A DNA stretch of 64,000 nucleotides, taken from NCBI GenBank assembly GCA_036172245.1, contig JAYWIR010000046.1:558001-622000 (forward strand). The letters are read 5' to 3'. The notes below the pieces were generated by a model. The model was not told the origin of the DNA, made no database searches, and saw nothing but the letters and a program-made list of their open reading frames with translations. A program made the position numbers and the translations under genes. Positions 13,401-27,000 of the stretch are shown here, in pieces (within the stretch, counting starts at the first letter, position 1; each line of letters opens with the position of its first letter). The stretch is from Raillietiella orientalis (lineage: Eukaryota).

Positions 13401-15459
13401 GTCTTATATTTTAATTACTCCTACCTTTTATATCTGCTTTTCAATCCCATATCATCATTTAAACTCTGCTCTGTTTCACAAGAACAGACTTTAAATTTAA
13501 ATCTATTTGAGAAAATGATGTATTTGTTTTTACATGATGACCGAGTTCTCACTAGAGTGAAGATCACTGCATTGCGAGAATTCTCGAAAAGAAAATCGTT
13601 CTCTGAGGATTGTCGTTTTCAATGATGCTAATAATAATGAAACGATACAAAGAAATTATGGAAATCATCATTGCTTAGTGAGTTGAAATAAGTCTTCGGT
13701 AACTTAATTCGTTGAAGCTCAATCTACAAAACTTGACTAATGTCAAGTTTCATGTTTCTCAATCCATCTCCCAAACTAACACAGTGATATGTCCTCTCTC
13801 ACGTTTTTCTCAACTTCCTATACATTATTTTTTCTCCCATTTGTCGTTGTTTCGCCATCATGCTTTGTGCTTGCAATATGCCATCTACACGAAATTAATG
13901 CTATGAAGAGTTATAAACATCTCTATATAAATCTTTTAACCAAAAATTGAAGTTCCTTTTGAAGTTCTCATTTTTACTTTTCTTTATTGTGTCAAAATTT
14001 CTCCATCATTCTAATGTTTGCATCAGTCCAGATCAAAATTGTTTGAGCATTATTTATTACTTTCATCTTTAATTGTTCTCTTCAATGGTTTTTCTCGCAT
14101 TTGATAATTCGCGAATCAAAAGCACGTTTCTTCAGCAGAGATGTAATACTGAAAATTTTTCGCTTCTGAAGGTAAGACAAACACTGACAAATAACAAAGA
14201 AAGTATCCTAACTTGTAAATTACAATTATTTCAAAAGATAAAAGAATAACTTTTAGCAACTTTTCGTTCACTTTTTTCTATTTTGTTGTGCACATTTTGC
14301 ACTGCTTGCATTTATTTCTGTTTTTGTATTGCATTATTTGTATATTCTCTGCAATAGTATGAATGCAGTCTTTTTGTCTCTTATTTGATTGTTTGGATTC
14401 CACATTTCTTCCATCATGTCACCATTAGGGATTGTTACTAACGACGATAGAAATGAGAATCAATCCGTCAAATTATCATTGTCCCGGACAGAGACAGGAT
14501 CTTGAATTCTGAATAAAGATGAAAAAGAAATCAAATATATTTGAAAAAATTCAGAGGAAGTCTAAATCTCCTAAACAGTAATAAATTCCTATCTCCCCCC
14601 AAAACAAGAAACAAATCTAACGCCCAAATAGAGGAGCTTGATTTAAAAAACATCAGAGAAATGAAACAAATTCAAGCATAAATGAAATGATCTAACATAT
14701 CTTCTTGTTCTATGACGATCGAACTATTCTATGACGAATTGAAAAAGATTAAGTAATGAAACTTATTGTTATTATTGTTAGTTGTTTTAATCCAACTTCA
14801 GATCCATTCTATATTTAGGATTAGCATTCTTATTGTCTTTCAAAGAGCCTAATTGTTTCGTTATACTTGCTTTGCAGGTTTTACTTATAATTTGAAATAA
14901 GTTCATTACAGTCTGTTAAACATGTAGATCATCAGCTACATTTGCTGTTCATACACTTGTAAGTAAATTTCAAAGTGTAACAGAAATCAGATCAATTTTT
15001 TCTAAAAGCCGACTAGTCTTAACCAAATCCTAAAGCACCATCACCATAATCTTCCTCAATGGTTATTAGACATCTAATCATGTTATCTAGTCTCTCAGTA
15101 CGAATAATCACCTACTTCTAAACAGATTATCATTATTTATCCATAATAAAGCATATTTATTAGAATGTGAAACAATGAAACGATGCTGTGCAGTGCTCCT
15201 TTTAAGACAGATTCCAGTGCTATGAATAAGCGATTTTCCAAAATAGGATGACTTTTCAAACTGGTTAATTGTAAATATTGGTTGTCTATGAGTATATACT
15301 CAGAATAATACAGTTTCATGAAAATTTTTCATGTAGGATTCACGTTCTCAAGTATGAATTGTTTTTACGGAGAGCGGTATATTTCGTTTCCTTCCTTCTA
15401 TGCTCTTCGACTTGTAAAATAATTAAAATGAAGAACAAAAGCATACACAGTATTTAAAC

Positions 15460-15690
15460 ATCTAATTCAGTTTTGCGGTTTTCGGTGCTTTTTAAAAAAT
15501 CTTTTCGCTGTTCATGTTTACTGCTTTTCGTTAAGCGTCTAAGCCGAAAAGGTAAGACGAAAAGATCCATTCGATTTCTTGAGATCTCAAATAAATGTCT
15601 TCCATCTACATGAAATTTATGTCTTTTGCATTAAATCCGATAAAACATCGGAAGTATTAAGCTGTGAAATTTTTCCCTGGATCCAATGTT
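15460..15690 (-). mobile_element. Possible decayed BEL/Pao integrase fragment abutting the ftsA insert
   Basis: LDPGKNFTA*...LRSQEIEWIF resembles SDNGxNF...IxWxF. Contains stops. Confidence 0.35.
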
Positions 15691-15691
15691 T

Positions 15692-15925
15692 TTCAATGTA
15701 TTTCTCAAATGTTTGAAAAACTACACGTCTTGTATCACGCTCAGAAATCTCATGATTAGCTGCAATAATTTCATTATGTACATTAAAAGATGAGATGACA
15801 CACCCAGCAGTATTAACATATATCTGGTCTATTGTTTCTTCAGATGCTTGCTCGGCTGAACCTACGGTTGATGAAATAGAGTAATTTGCACGTTGGACAT
15901 CAGCGATTGATCCGCCATTTACACC
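15692..15925 (-). pseudogene. ftsA: Bacterial ftsA fragment, Wolbachia-like (nuclear endosymbiont transfer)
   Basis: 78 stop-free codons GVNGGSIADVQRANYSISSTVGSAEQASEETIDQIYVNTAGCVISSFNVHNEIIAANHEISERDTRRVVFQTFEKYIE. This fits the FtsA N-terminal/SHS2 region (GVxxGxI...AEx...IxxVYVNxAG...EIxxxD) and, from recall, Wolbachia FtsA closely. No start codon; truncated at both ends. Confidence 0.88.
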
Positions 15926-16179
15926 TATCGATACAGATATTGACGATCTAATATATTCAAATAGTTCTCTTTAGATTCACAGAATCAAAGTGTAAGAAAT
16001 CTGAAGTCCATTATTTTTATAGAATCCCGGTGCATAAGTTTGGTATTGTAAGTTTCAAACTGCTGTCAAATGAAAGAATCTTCGTGAAACTTTGTGCAAT
16101 TTCTTCGAATTAAGAGTTAATACTTTCTTGGAATACGCAATTCGCAACAGTATTCTAAGTAGATTCCATGAAAATTTCT

Positions 16180-16660
16180 TTTATGTAGCGGCATAGGCAT
16201 GGCGAAGGTGAATCGATGCTGCTGCATAATATATCAATAGATTTATACAAAAAATCAACAACAGAACGTGTTCCAGATTTTTTTTGCAGAACGAAGCCTG
16301 TTTTAGTTTTTATGAAGGTTGCCATTTCGATTGTTTCCAAAATGAAACTCCAACATTCACTTATAGCACAAAGGGATGCATTCAATGATTCAAGACTTAA
16401 GCCTACTTCTCCCAAGTTTGCGTATTTAGATGCTAAAGAAATTCTGTGAAAAGAGTATGAACTTGTCATTGTTACAAATGAATGATGCAGAAAAGTGTAA
16501 CTCACAGTGAATAATGGAAACCCAGACATGCAAAACTATTGATATTGTTTCGTTCACAAAATTCGAGGGAAAGCTGTTATCTGCAATAGAAGAACTTCGA
16601 TTTAGAAGGGTAAAATCCTTTAAGAGATTCATTTTATGCTGTAAACATCACACAATCAAA
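16180..16660 (+). mobile_element. Possible decayed BEL/Pao pol fragment (RNase H to integrase linker)
   Basis: YINRFIQK...FQNE and NDSRLKPTSPKFAYLDAKEIL, in different frames, resemble RF...FxNEI...SRLxxLxPFLDxxGIL. Confidence 0.35.
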
Positions 16661-17823
16661 CAAGTTATGAGAATTCAAATAATGCTTTACTACCAGAAAA
16701 GTAATTGAAATTCTTGCAAGCCTTATGAGAAATGGAAAACTCAAAAATGAGAAAGAATTTTTGTTCCTTCAACATGTAATGTAAACGTATTTCATAATAA
16801 CCATAGCCGAAACCATATAAATATATATAACCTGGAGATACTCTAAACAGTACCGAAAAAATAAAAGCTACCTTTATATTACCAAGGTTTTGCAGATAAA
16901 TGATTATTATTTTTAACACCCACAAGTAAGATGTATATCCGATTTAGTGATTTGAATCAATAAATACAATTTATGCAAAAAAAAAATACTCCAGAAGTAT
17001 GCTAAGTTTAGGTTTCTTTGAAGTTTCCTACAAAATAAGTAGATAGAGATTAAGTCATATTTTAGGTATGCTTCCTTCATACCATAATAAGGCGAGTTGT
17101 ATTATGCGATTTTCCTTTTTTTCCCTAAGTTATTACTCATGTTTGAAGAGGTAGTCGAATTCAAAAATCTATTTTCTGAAGTGTTAGATTGCTTGAAGAA
17201 GTGACAGTAATCGGACTTCTGCAGTCGGTTTATCTGATAGTGGGGTGTCCCAGGAGCCTTGCGACTTCGTAATGGGCAATAGTTTATTATAGTTTATGTT
17301 TTACATTCATTTAGCTTGCTTGTGTGTGTGCATGAAGCAGCCAACAGAATGGCAGGTTCACGTACGGAAGAAACAGGAAACGTACGCACTCCAAGACTTC
17401 AGTTTTTCGTGTTACTCAAATGTCCAAACGATACGATTCCCTCTTGTAGACCAATCTACAAAGTGACTCGAATGAAAACTAACTGAAGCACTACAATACT
17501 TTGAATACCACCCATCTCTTTACTTGTTCCCTTGTCTGGACCAACGCGGTAGAATGATGCGGGGTCAATAATTCGGAAACCTACTTGAGCCTCTCATTTC
17601 GGTCATGGATGAGATTAGGAACGATCCGATTTTAAAACTGATCCTTGAGTCCTATCATTGTTACTGAGTGGTGAAATTGGGATTTCGTTAGAGTTGAGAA
17701 TCACATCTTCCAGCACAAGATAATGTAAATCAAATTGTGTAAATAAGGTGAACCATCATGACCATTCTTCTTTAGAATGACGTTAGCTTCTCAGAGATAA
17801 CTGTTTTTTGTGGGTTCGAATGC

Positions 17824-18870
17824 CTACTGTTTTTCGAAACAGCCTGGTCGATGGTCAAAGCATTCGTCTTCAGCGTGGGCAAGTGCAACCTCAACACGAT
17901 CATGGATGGGCCTTCACCGAAGAGTACGTGGGCCGCTTCCACAGGAGACCCATCTGACTGACGAGTACGGCTCGAGAACTGCACCCTCCTGAGTGCTGGT
18001 CCGCACAGCCATCCACATTTCGTCCGGCGAGTCCCTGTCTTGCAGCATCACGAAATATGCCGTGCCAGCGCATGGCACGCCTCAACGCTCACCACCCTTC
18101 CCTACGAAGACAGCTCGGGTCGCGTTCGTGGTCGCATCAGCTGCCTAAACCCAGCAGGCAAGCGACTCTTCTGTTCACCTCAGCACATTCGCCCTTCCTG
18201 CTTGCGCGACGACGCGACAACGTTCGCTTTCGGATGTGCGCACAGCCTACGGGAAACGCACTTTCCATCTGCCTGCACTACTAGGAAGTCGCCATCCCAG
18301 AGCTGCCGAACCGGCCTGAATCCGAAACGCTTGAGAATCGCGCGGTGCTCGCCATGCGAATTCAGTCTACTCGATGACGCACCTCGCTCCACCCATCTCC
18401 CCTCGTTCGACTGGCCGCGTTTCGAACTCGTCCTTTTACGCGTTGTCCGTTTCCGGGGGCAAAGTTTCCGACTACCCGATCCACGTCCGAGCGAGCGACT
18501 TACCAGCTTCCGACGCATCTCCGGCGTCGTGCTCGCCCTTCCTCGCTTCCATTTGCCATGGTTAGCTGGAAACGATGCAGACAAGCGCAGCACTTTGGCC
18601 TTCCCCGCGGAACAGTTACAGAGCGGTCCCGATCCATCGTTCCACTGGTTCACAAAATTCGAATCGTGGAAGCAAAGATAAGCAAAAGTTCCCCTTCGGC
18701 TAATTTTCGAAACGCACTCGGCTTATCCAGTACAATTCCTTCGGAGACTGATAAGATCCCGCAGCGAGATTCAGCGTACCATTCACCTGATGGCTTCCTC
18801 GACTCAGCGGAGCAACCTGGCCGTCGTCCATCATTCATCTCTTGACCTTTGAATGACACCAGTTTACTAG
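17824..18870 (+). mobile_element. Decayed L1/Tx1-like non-LTR ORF2, AP-endonuclease domain (GC-rich)
   Basis: Ordered endonuclease motifs across frames: QETHL (17942-17956), EDSSGR, EFSLLD...PSFDW...SFRL, SD(x)..GVVL, then WFTKFESWKQR. Confidence 0.65.
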
Positions 18871-19204
18871 GGCATTCGTTGGGAAATGCACGGGTAAAGT
18901 ATAAGATTCATACTTTTGCGCGGCAAAGTTTTCCCTGAATCTGCCTTAAGAAGGATCGAGAGTCTGCAAATTTCTCACTACTTCGAATTGCCACGTTTCT
19001 GAAAAAACGTCCTGTTGAATCGGAAAGAGACGAAGATTCATCCCGTTTTAGCGTTTCAGGAAGTAATCATCTTATTGGAAAATCTATATTTATCGATCGA
19101 CACATCGGTCATACGATGCATAGTTGAGTGTTTCTCAGAACGGGTGTTTTATTGTGTTTGCTGTTGGCTACACATATGCAATCATCCACATATTGCTGGA
19201 TTCC
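17824..19204. repeat. 1381-bp inverted duplication, copy 1 (partner at 53699-55080)
   Basis: Reverse-complement match. By eye about 5 substitutions and one 1-bp indel. The ORF track shows near-identical peptides on opposite strands. Confidence 0.97.
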
Positions 19205-22200
19205 GAAAGTGTTATATATTCTTCAAATTTCAGGATGCATTAACTCTCATTGTCTAGTTCTTTGTTTTGTTTTTTACTGACTTGTAAGGCCTTTTTCACA
19301 ATTAGACATTGAATTTTTATTGGCCGCATTAATAATAAAGCTGTACATAATCAGTAAGCAAAATGCATGAAAATGTTATTTCATTTACAGTCTTTAATTT
19401 TCTTTCTGTTTATGAGTTTGTCGTCTAGTATCTGTTATTATTGGAGTAATTCAGTTAAAAATCTTCATTTTTGTTTGGTTCTTTGTATACAACAACTAAA
19501 AATGAGAAAACATGACGTAGAAAACATTTTTGTTTTGAATCACTTCGTAATCATTTCATCTCAAACTGAAACAATTTTTGGAACTAGTCAACATCAATTT
19601 GGAATTGGACTACTTGTGGATAAAAATAATTCACAAGAACTTACAATTATATAAGAATACTATAGAATATTTATGGAATTAAACTGAAAGATTGCACATC
19701 AGTGGAAACTAAAACTTATTTCTTGCTTATTCTTTTATCATCCAAAATTATAATGATAAGCAGAATAATCAAAAGATTGATCTCAAGGGCTATAAACCAT
19801 TAGAGCTATTCCCTTTTATTGATTATTGTACAGAATTACACCTTAGAGCATATTATATTCCTGGTAAGTCTGTTTTTTTATCTCGTATTACATTTCGAAA
19901 TTTATGCTTTAGCTGCTCAAAGAAATCAGTATGATTGTTTGACCATTTCCTCTATTTTTGAACTATAGATGCTAGAAGAATGAATGGAATCGAGGAATGA
20001 ACCAAAAATAGAAAAAAGACAATTTGATGTAAAGGAGCGTCTAAATTCATGCTTTCCTGTTTTTTATATTCAAATTTTAAAACCCATAATATGAATGCTG
20101 TTTAAAGCAGTACTTGGGATACGATTTTTATCAGTATTATTTAAAAAAGTGTCTACTTTTGTCTTGACATGCATTTAATAAAACTGATTTGGTCATATCG
20201 CTTATATAAAACTCATGAAAATTACTCGGTCATTAATCCTTTGCAAAAATCATTTGAGTTTTTTGTGATACTCTTCTTAAAGATCTCGGCATCCAAGTCT
20301 TTTTATGAGGACAAGCTGTTTTTCAAGTTCAATGAGAAAATCTACAAGATGAAAGATGAACAAAAGCTTCAAAATCGTAAATGCTAAGAACATGAATATT
20401 GACTTTTTTGAATAGTGCTCCATGTAAGTTCTATTAAACCGTAGTTCATTGCTTCGTTACATTATCCTATATTTCCCATTTATGAATTTTTTTTTTTAAA
20501 TTGAACTTTTGATAAAAATAATTTCATTGATTGAAGGGATTCTTTTAAGCCAGCAACTACTAGAATTCGTGTTGGGTTATATCAATATTTTCTACAGTTA
20601 TTTCTCGTAGAAATAATTGTAATGTTTGGAATTTCTGAAAATGTTTGTGTTCAGCAGCCTCACGATTGATATCGTCTACCTTATTCTTTTAAATAAAAAA
20701 TAAACAACGTTGTTTTCATCTCTGCAACACTGATCCGTCAATGTTTTCGAGAGAGATTACAAGGCAGATTTGGGGAGATTCGACTTTTTATCTTAAAATC
20801 TAAAGACAATAGCTGAACATGTGAAAAAAATCGGCGCTTACAAAAGCGCCGATTTTTAAGCGCCGATTATATTATTATTTCAAATTATATTATTTCTTAT
20901 ATTATAACTTATATTATTTCAAAGCATTACGATTCTTATTAAAAAGAACATACCCTAATTGCATAATCAATGAAAATATCACGGTGGCTTCGCTTTTTGA
21001 ACTTCCAGGATTTCGTTGTCAATTTCATTTTCTCATCCTTTTTTTTTTAAATTAAAATACAACCATAGATCATATTGCTGTTAGCTATCTTTTGAAAATA
21101 GGCGTTTTGAAATATTTATAAACATGCAATCTCTCTCATGTATATGCATAACGTAACTCAAAATATGGATGAACATAAAAAACTAATGCAAGATATAAAA
21201 GGGTTGGTTATTTCAAAACATTTCTAGAAAATATTTGATGTTTTCAAAGTAATCCATTTTTCATATTTGAATTTCGATACACAAATTTCGCTGAAATTCA
21301 ATTAGATTTCTGTTTTTCAGTTCGAAAGCATGCTTTCTTAGCTTTGCAAATTAATTTACAATTGAGGCAAGGATTAAAGTGTAAGACCTAGAGATGTTTC
21401 CCTGGTAGTTCGTTCCTTCTGTGTTGATTTCCACAGTGTTTCAGTAGTTTTTTGATTTATAAAACTTCCTTTTCATAGTTTTTGCTGCTTTCTTGAGTGT
21501 TAATTATTTTACATACTATTTTAGACCATGTCTTCTTTTGTCGCAGCTTTCTTTATATATCCAGCAACTTCATTTGTGGACTTGTCATGATAAACATACT
21601 CTTAAGCAAATGCAATGGCATAATGCTTACTTACTTTCACATCTTGAATACTTTGCCTGTTTGTGTAATGAATTGGGAAATAACTCGTCACTTGGTTGAA
21701 ATAGGGGAAGTTCACAACTCATTTCCTTATATGTGCAAGAAGTAACTTTATAAATATCTAATTTCTGATTAACTTTATAATATTACTAACTTTAAGAAAT
21801 CAGTGAAAGTTCAATGAAGAAATGAGAATCAGGAGTTTTGGAACTTGTAGAAAGAAAAAAGTAAAGATTCCTGAAAATAAAGGAAGAGCGACCAAGTAGA
21901 TTCTTCACACGTTTAAACCTAGGATTATACTCCTTTCTTCAACGAGTCAAAAAGACTGTTTTTCAAAAATTATCTACACACAAAAATCTATAATTTATCT
22001 ATCTACACAAAAATGTCTAATTCATTAGGTTATAGTGAGTTAGATTGTACTGGTTCACAAAATTGAGCAGTGTCTACAAGACCAAAATTCCATATTGCTA
22101 TTATTAAGTTACATATGAACCAAAACACAAAGTTCTTAAGTTTTATTGACTGAGCAGATTTGCTTCCCTGCTTAAGGAATAAGATCACAAGAAACCTACA

Positions 22201-24038
22201 GGGAAGTTTGTGAATAACGATCGCAGAACAGTGTGCAAGCATGAAATTTTTTCAATTTTGATGAAAGGAAGCCACAAAGAATTTGTTTAACTGAGTTTCA
22301 CTATTATTGTACTCATTCATTTATTAAAAGCATTCGTTATTTTGGGCGCTTTGCCAAAAACAAGGATTTCAGAATTTCGAGGAAACTAAGAAAAATGAAA
22401 GATCAGAAAGTATCGAAAATGAAAATTGGAGTGACTCCTAGACAAGCGTGCAAGTTAATTTCTTATTTGCAAGTGGTTTTAAGCGATAATGGAAAATTTT
22501 TCACGAACAAACTCCATTTCCAAAATCCCAGAATGAACAAAAGTTATTTAATTGATTCAGTGGAGACCACGTTTGAAACTTTCCATATATCAGTTATGGT
22601 GTTATCTAGTCTCTGAAAATCTAAGAAACAAACATAACATATTATTTCAATAAACCTTAAATTTTGTTTCTCCATTGCTGTTATGATAAAAGCAGACAAT
22701 AAAACGGAATGCAATACCACTTTGTAATTATGTCAACGTCATTTGGCTTTTAATGTTTCTATTTATTCAGTAGGTTGAATAGAGAATAGAAACAGAGCTG
22801 CCAAGAATGGAAATTCTTTGGCACAAAATACGTATGAAACACAGACAAAAACGGACGTATCCAGGTTCTTTGGATCATTACCTCTTATTTCTAATGCTAT
22901 CGTTTCATTATTTTTACTTTGGAGAAAAGCTGCTAACTTGAATCCTTGTTTGGCCCAGTTATCAGTTTAAATTTTGCCTTTTTCAATAATTAAGAATGCA
23001 AATTTTGCAAATAATACCGAATCTAATTTTCACTTAAACAAGTTTCTAGAACAGATTGATCCTTCTTCTATTCTAATATTATTTGCAGTGTATCTCAAGT
23101 CTAAATGAGTGTGTGATTTTTTCTATTCGACCATGAGTAAGAATATTTGGTTAAATATTATACTGTAAAAAAAATTGTTCACAAGGTCATTTAACAAGCA
23201 TTTTCAAACTAGTTATTATAATGAAGAAGAGTGCTAATTTTTTAAAGAGATTCAGCTTAATGCATTTAAGTTGTGTTTCTTTTGTGATACTTGAAGTCTG
23301 GTTTGCATTTTTAATTTGCACATCATCTTTGGTTTCTCCTCGATTTGACGAGCATTGCACAGTTTAAGCATTATCGCAGCAGATTATGGTCTTTGTTTTC
23401 ATCTGCAGATCGGCATTTAATATAATATGCAAAAGTAAAAGAATGAGGTATCTTACTGAATGTGCATGTTACTTAAAAAAAAAAAAACTTCACATTATTA
23501 GAATGAACGCACTCGCGTTTAATGTGCTTTCTGTGATACTTTGAATGATTATTTCTAAAAGATTATTTCTAACTTCGAAATTATTAATCGTATGTAGAAT
23601 TTCGGGAGTGTAGGGGGAGAAAGGGGGGGGGGGGAGAGAATAAAGCTACATTTCAAAACAGTTTCCAATCATCTGAAAAATACTAGACATAATATGAATT
23701 TATTTCTATTCGTTTGAGCAAACCATTAATTCCAAAAATAGATTTATAAAGCAATAGAATTGTTCATATAGTCCCTTAAAACTTAAATGTTGAATCATTG
23801 AAAATATTAAATCATTCGATCTATATGATTTAATCCGAGTAAGCAGCGAGACAAAATTTATTGCGAGATAAAGGAAATTAACGAATGAATTTCAGGAAAA
23901 AAAGAAACTTTCACGAAATCAAACATTTAACATTGAAAAATATTTGTGACTCCTCTTTAATTTTTGACAAAAGAACTTGATATTCTTTTTATGAATCTGC
24001 TTTTGAAATCTTAATTTTCGAATCTATTTTTCATAAAG

Positions 24039-27000
24039 AAATACTTTGCGATTCAAGAAGCAAAAATAAAGGAATTATTGACGAGATGTTATGAGTTAGA
24101 TAAACAACTTCAAGAAGAAAAGCAAATGCTGCAAACTCACAAGACAGAACATGAGATTGCGATTAGACAATGCAAAGCATCATTAGAAAAACAGATTCAA
24201 CATTACGTAGAGGAAAACCATTTCAAGATCCAGGAGATGCAATTCCATAAAAGAGAAACTGAGCAATTAAGGGAGGACTATCAGAAATTACAGGTTTGCC
24301 ATGTTTTCATGATGAAGCTATCTATCATTTGTATGCTTGGCATGCCAACCAATGAAAAAATGAATAACCACTTAAATCTACATAAAGCAAGTAAAAAAAA
24401 AACAAAAAGTCTTTGCAAAATTTTTATGGCATAATTACAAAGTACGGACTTTTAGATGGGATACACTGAATTCTATTTAAATTTTCACTACCATGATATA
24501 TTAACTTCAAAATTTCGGAAATCACATATAAGAATCTAATTTCAAGCTATGAAAATGTTATAAAATATTCGCGAAAGTATAACTGAAAAACGCTTTAAGA
24601 CTTCGATCCTTTGAAATATTCGGTTATTTGGAATAAAGAAGGAAATGAATTGATTGCATTACCATGTCGTTTTTCTAAGAAAATTATGCATCATTTTAGA
24701 TGGAAAGATTAGATATAGAAGAAGAACTTCAAGCAAATAGAAATCTCCTTGCTGTTAAGGATTCAATCGATAAAGAAAGACAAAAGAGAGTAATTAAACT
24801 TTCAGAGGAATCTCAGATCATTAATAGGTAGATCAAAATTCTCTGAAGTTTTCAAACACAATATTGCGAGAAAAATAAAAGTTTTGAGATTTAAATTGTC
24901 TGTTTATTTTTTATCAGAATAAATCTCAAAACAAAGGGGGAAAATACGAATCATGATGCAGAATCACTGCTTAATAATGATCAGAACGAAACTATGAAAA
25001 AATTTTCTGTTTATTTGATTATTTTGTGTTGAAAGGCGCATTCAGGAATTAAACGAAGTTCATCTCCGATTAGAGAAAAATGTAGCAATAGTTGGGAAAA
25101 CAAACGACGATCTCTTAATGAAATATAAGCATCAAAATTGTATAATAAATTACATTCAGGAAGAGAACCAACAATTCAGGTAAGAATTAGTGTAATGTTT
25201 TCGAGATCAATCGAGAATAGCGATCTTCCACTCATTACTGTACGGTATACGTCTTTTGAAAAACAACCAATGTAAAAATTTTTCAGAAAAGCTTGGTTTT
25301 GCGTTTTAACTGGCTGCTTTAACTGATTTTGCTGTAATCAGGCAATGAAATCTGAGAGCAAACAGATTACCAATTTCTTTATCTCCGCTTTTTCTAGCTT
25401 CTTATTAGCCGAATAAAATGTAAAGCCGATTCAGCAATTATGGTTTAGTCTGATGCAAATTTTATTCACATTCGCATATAGCTACGTTGTATTTCATGAT
25501 GGAGCATTTCTTATTCTTTAAACTCACAGTAATATAGTTCTTTTAAAAAAATCTCTTAAAAAGTTGACCAGTACAATTGTGCTCATTGATCATCTTCACA
25601 AAGTTATGAGTAAGTTCTTATGCAGCCTGCAAAATTTATTAACGGTACAATGATTTAAAAACTTGTATAGATCATCTGACTGCTCCTTTTTTTTGAAAAA
25701 AATTTTTTTTTGTCACACAGATCTTTGTAATGCTTTTTCTCTTCAATATTTAGAGTGTATTAAAGACAAGAACTAAGTTGATATAGCAACATGAATCTAC
25801 AGAACGAAAATCTCTTCCTGTGTGAATGAAATCATTCTTCCTGCTAGAATGAATATTTTAATTTAACGTCGTAAAGTTATTACTCAAAATAAGTGGTAAA
25901 AAAGCTGACAAATGATTATTATGGTTTTCCTATTTAGATTTTCTCAGCAAATTACCATGTATTAATATGGTAATATATGCGATGTCTTAATATGTGTATG
26001 CGATGTATGCAGTCAGATTACCGATGGTTTTTTACAAACAAGTGCGTTACACTTATTACTACTGGGTTCTCTCAAATTATGTACATACCAGTCAGCAACT
26101 TAAATTGCTCTTGTAACGGTGCAAGATTTGTCAATAAGGTTCTGTTCAGATCAGGAGCTTATATTTATCATATATATATAATTCTTGGTGCTTTAGTGTC
26201 AATTCACTAAATAATAACAAACAAATATAAAAAACGGATCAGTTGCAAATGAAATTATTTCTTTGAGGTGTTTCGTTCTATCTATTGCGGAAGTGATAAT
26301 TTCTATATATTTATCTGTTTCTTATTAGCTGTGCATATAATGTTTGAATGAGGAATTATAAGTAGGTCTTTATATTACAACGGGTGTACTCTTGATGGAT
26401 TTTATTCCTTCTTCTATATTAATGGAATCAAGGATCTTTCCATACAGTTATTCATTTGCGTCGCTTATGTTGTTAATCGGAGGTTTCGTTCAACAAGGTA
26501 TGTCGTAGAAATGGGAGCGGCTCTAGTTAGCAAAGAGGTCGTTCTCAGCCACTGCAGCAGTCTTTCCAGAGGAAGCATTTCTTATGTGAGCTTTAGATTT
26601 TTAATAATGATTTCTGTAGCTTCAAAGAAACCAATCCTTTACTCGTAGAAGTACAAACGCATTTCTTCGAAGATGATTCCTTCCAAGAGTCAGATTAGCT
26701 ATAAAATAAGCGATGCTTAAGGCAGGCATCTACGCAAAAAGTTAATTAAATGATCATTCGCTAGCTTTGCTTTAAATTTCAATGCAAAGTCAACTAGTTT
26801 CCTTTATTCAGTCAGTTTTGCTCTCATTGGAATACACATTTTTAAAGACAAACATCACTAAGGTGAAATTCATCCGGAAAACAGTTTCTTTTCGCTCCGT
26901 AAAATCACAGAGGATAAAAAAAAAAACGACCAACGGATTAAAAATAGTTAATAAAATGCTTATTCAACAAAATCTTAAAACACTCAGCACATCTTTTTTT

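Noticed and set aside
23612..23638. G-run as a G-quadruplex element
   Set aside because: A simple homopolymer tract with no supporting context.
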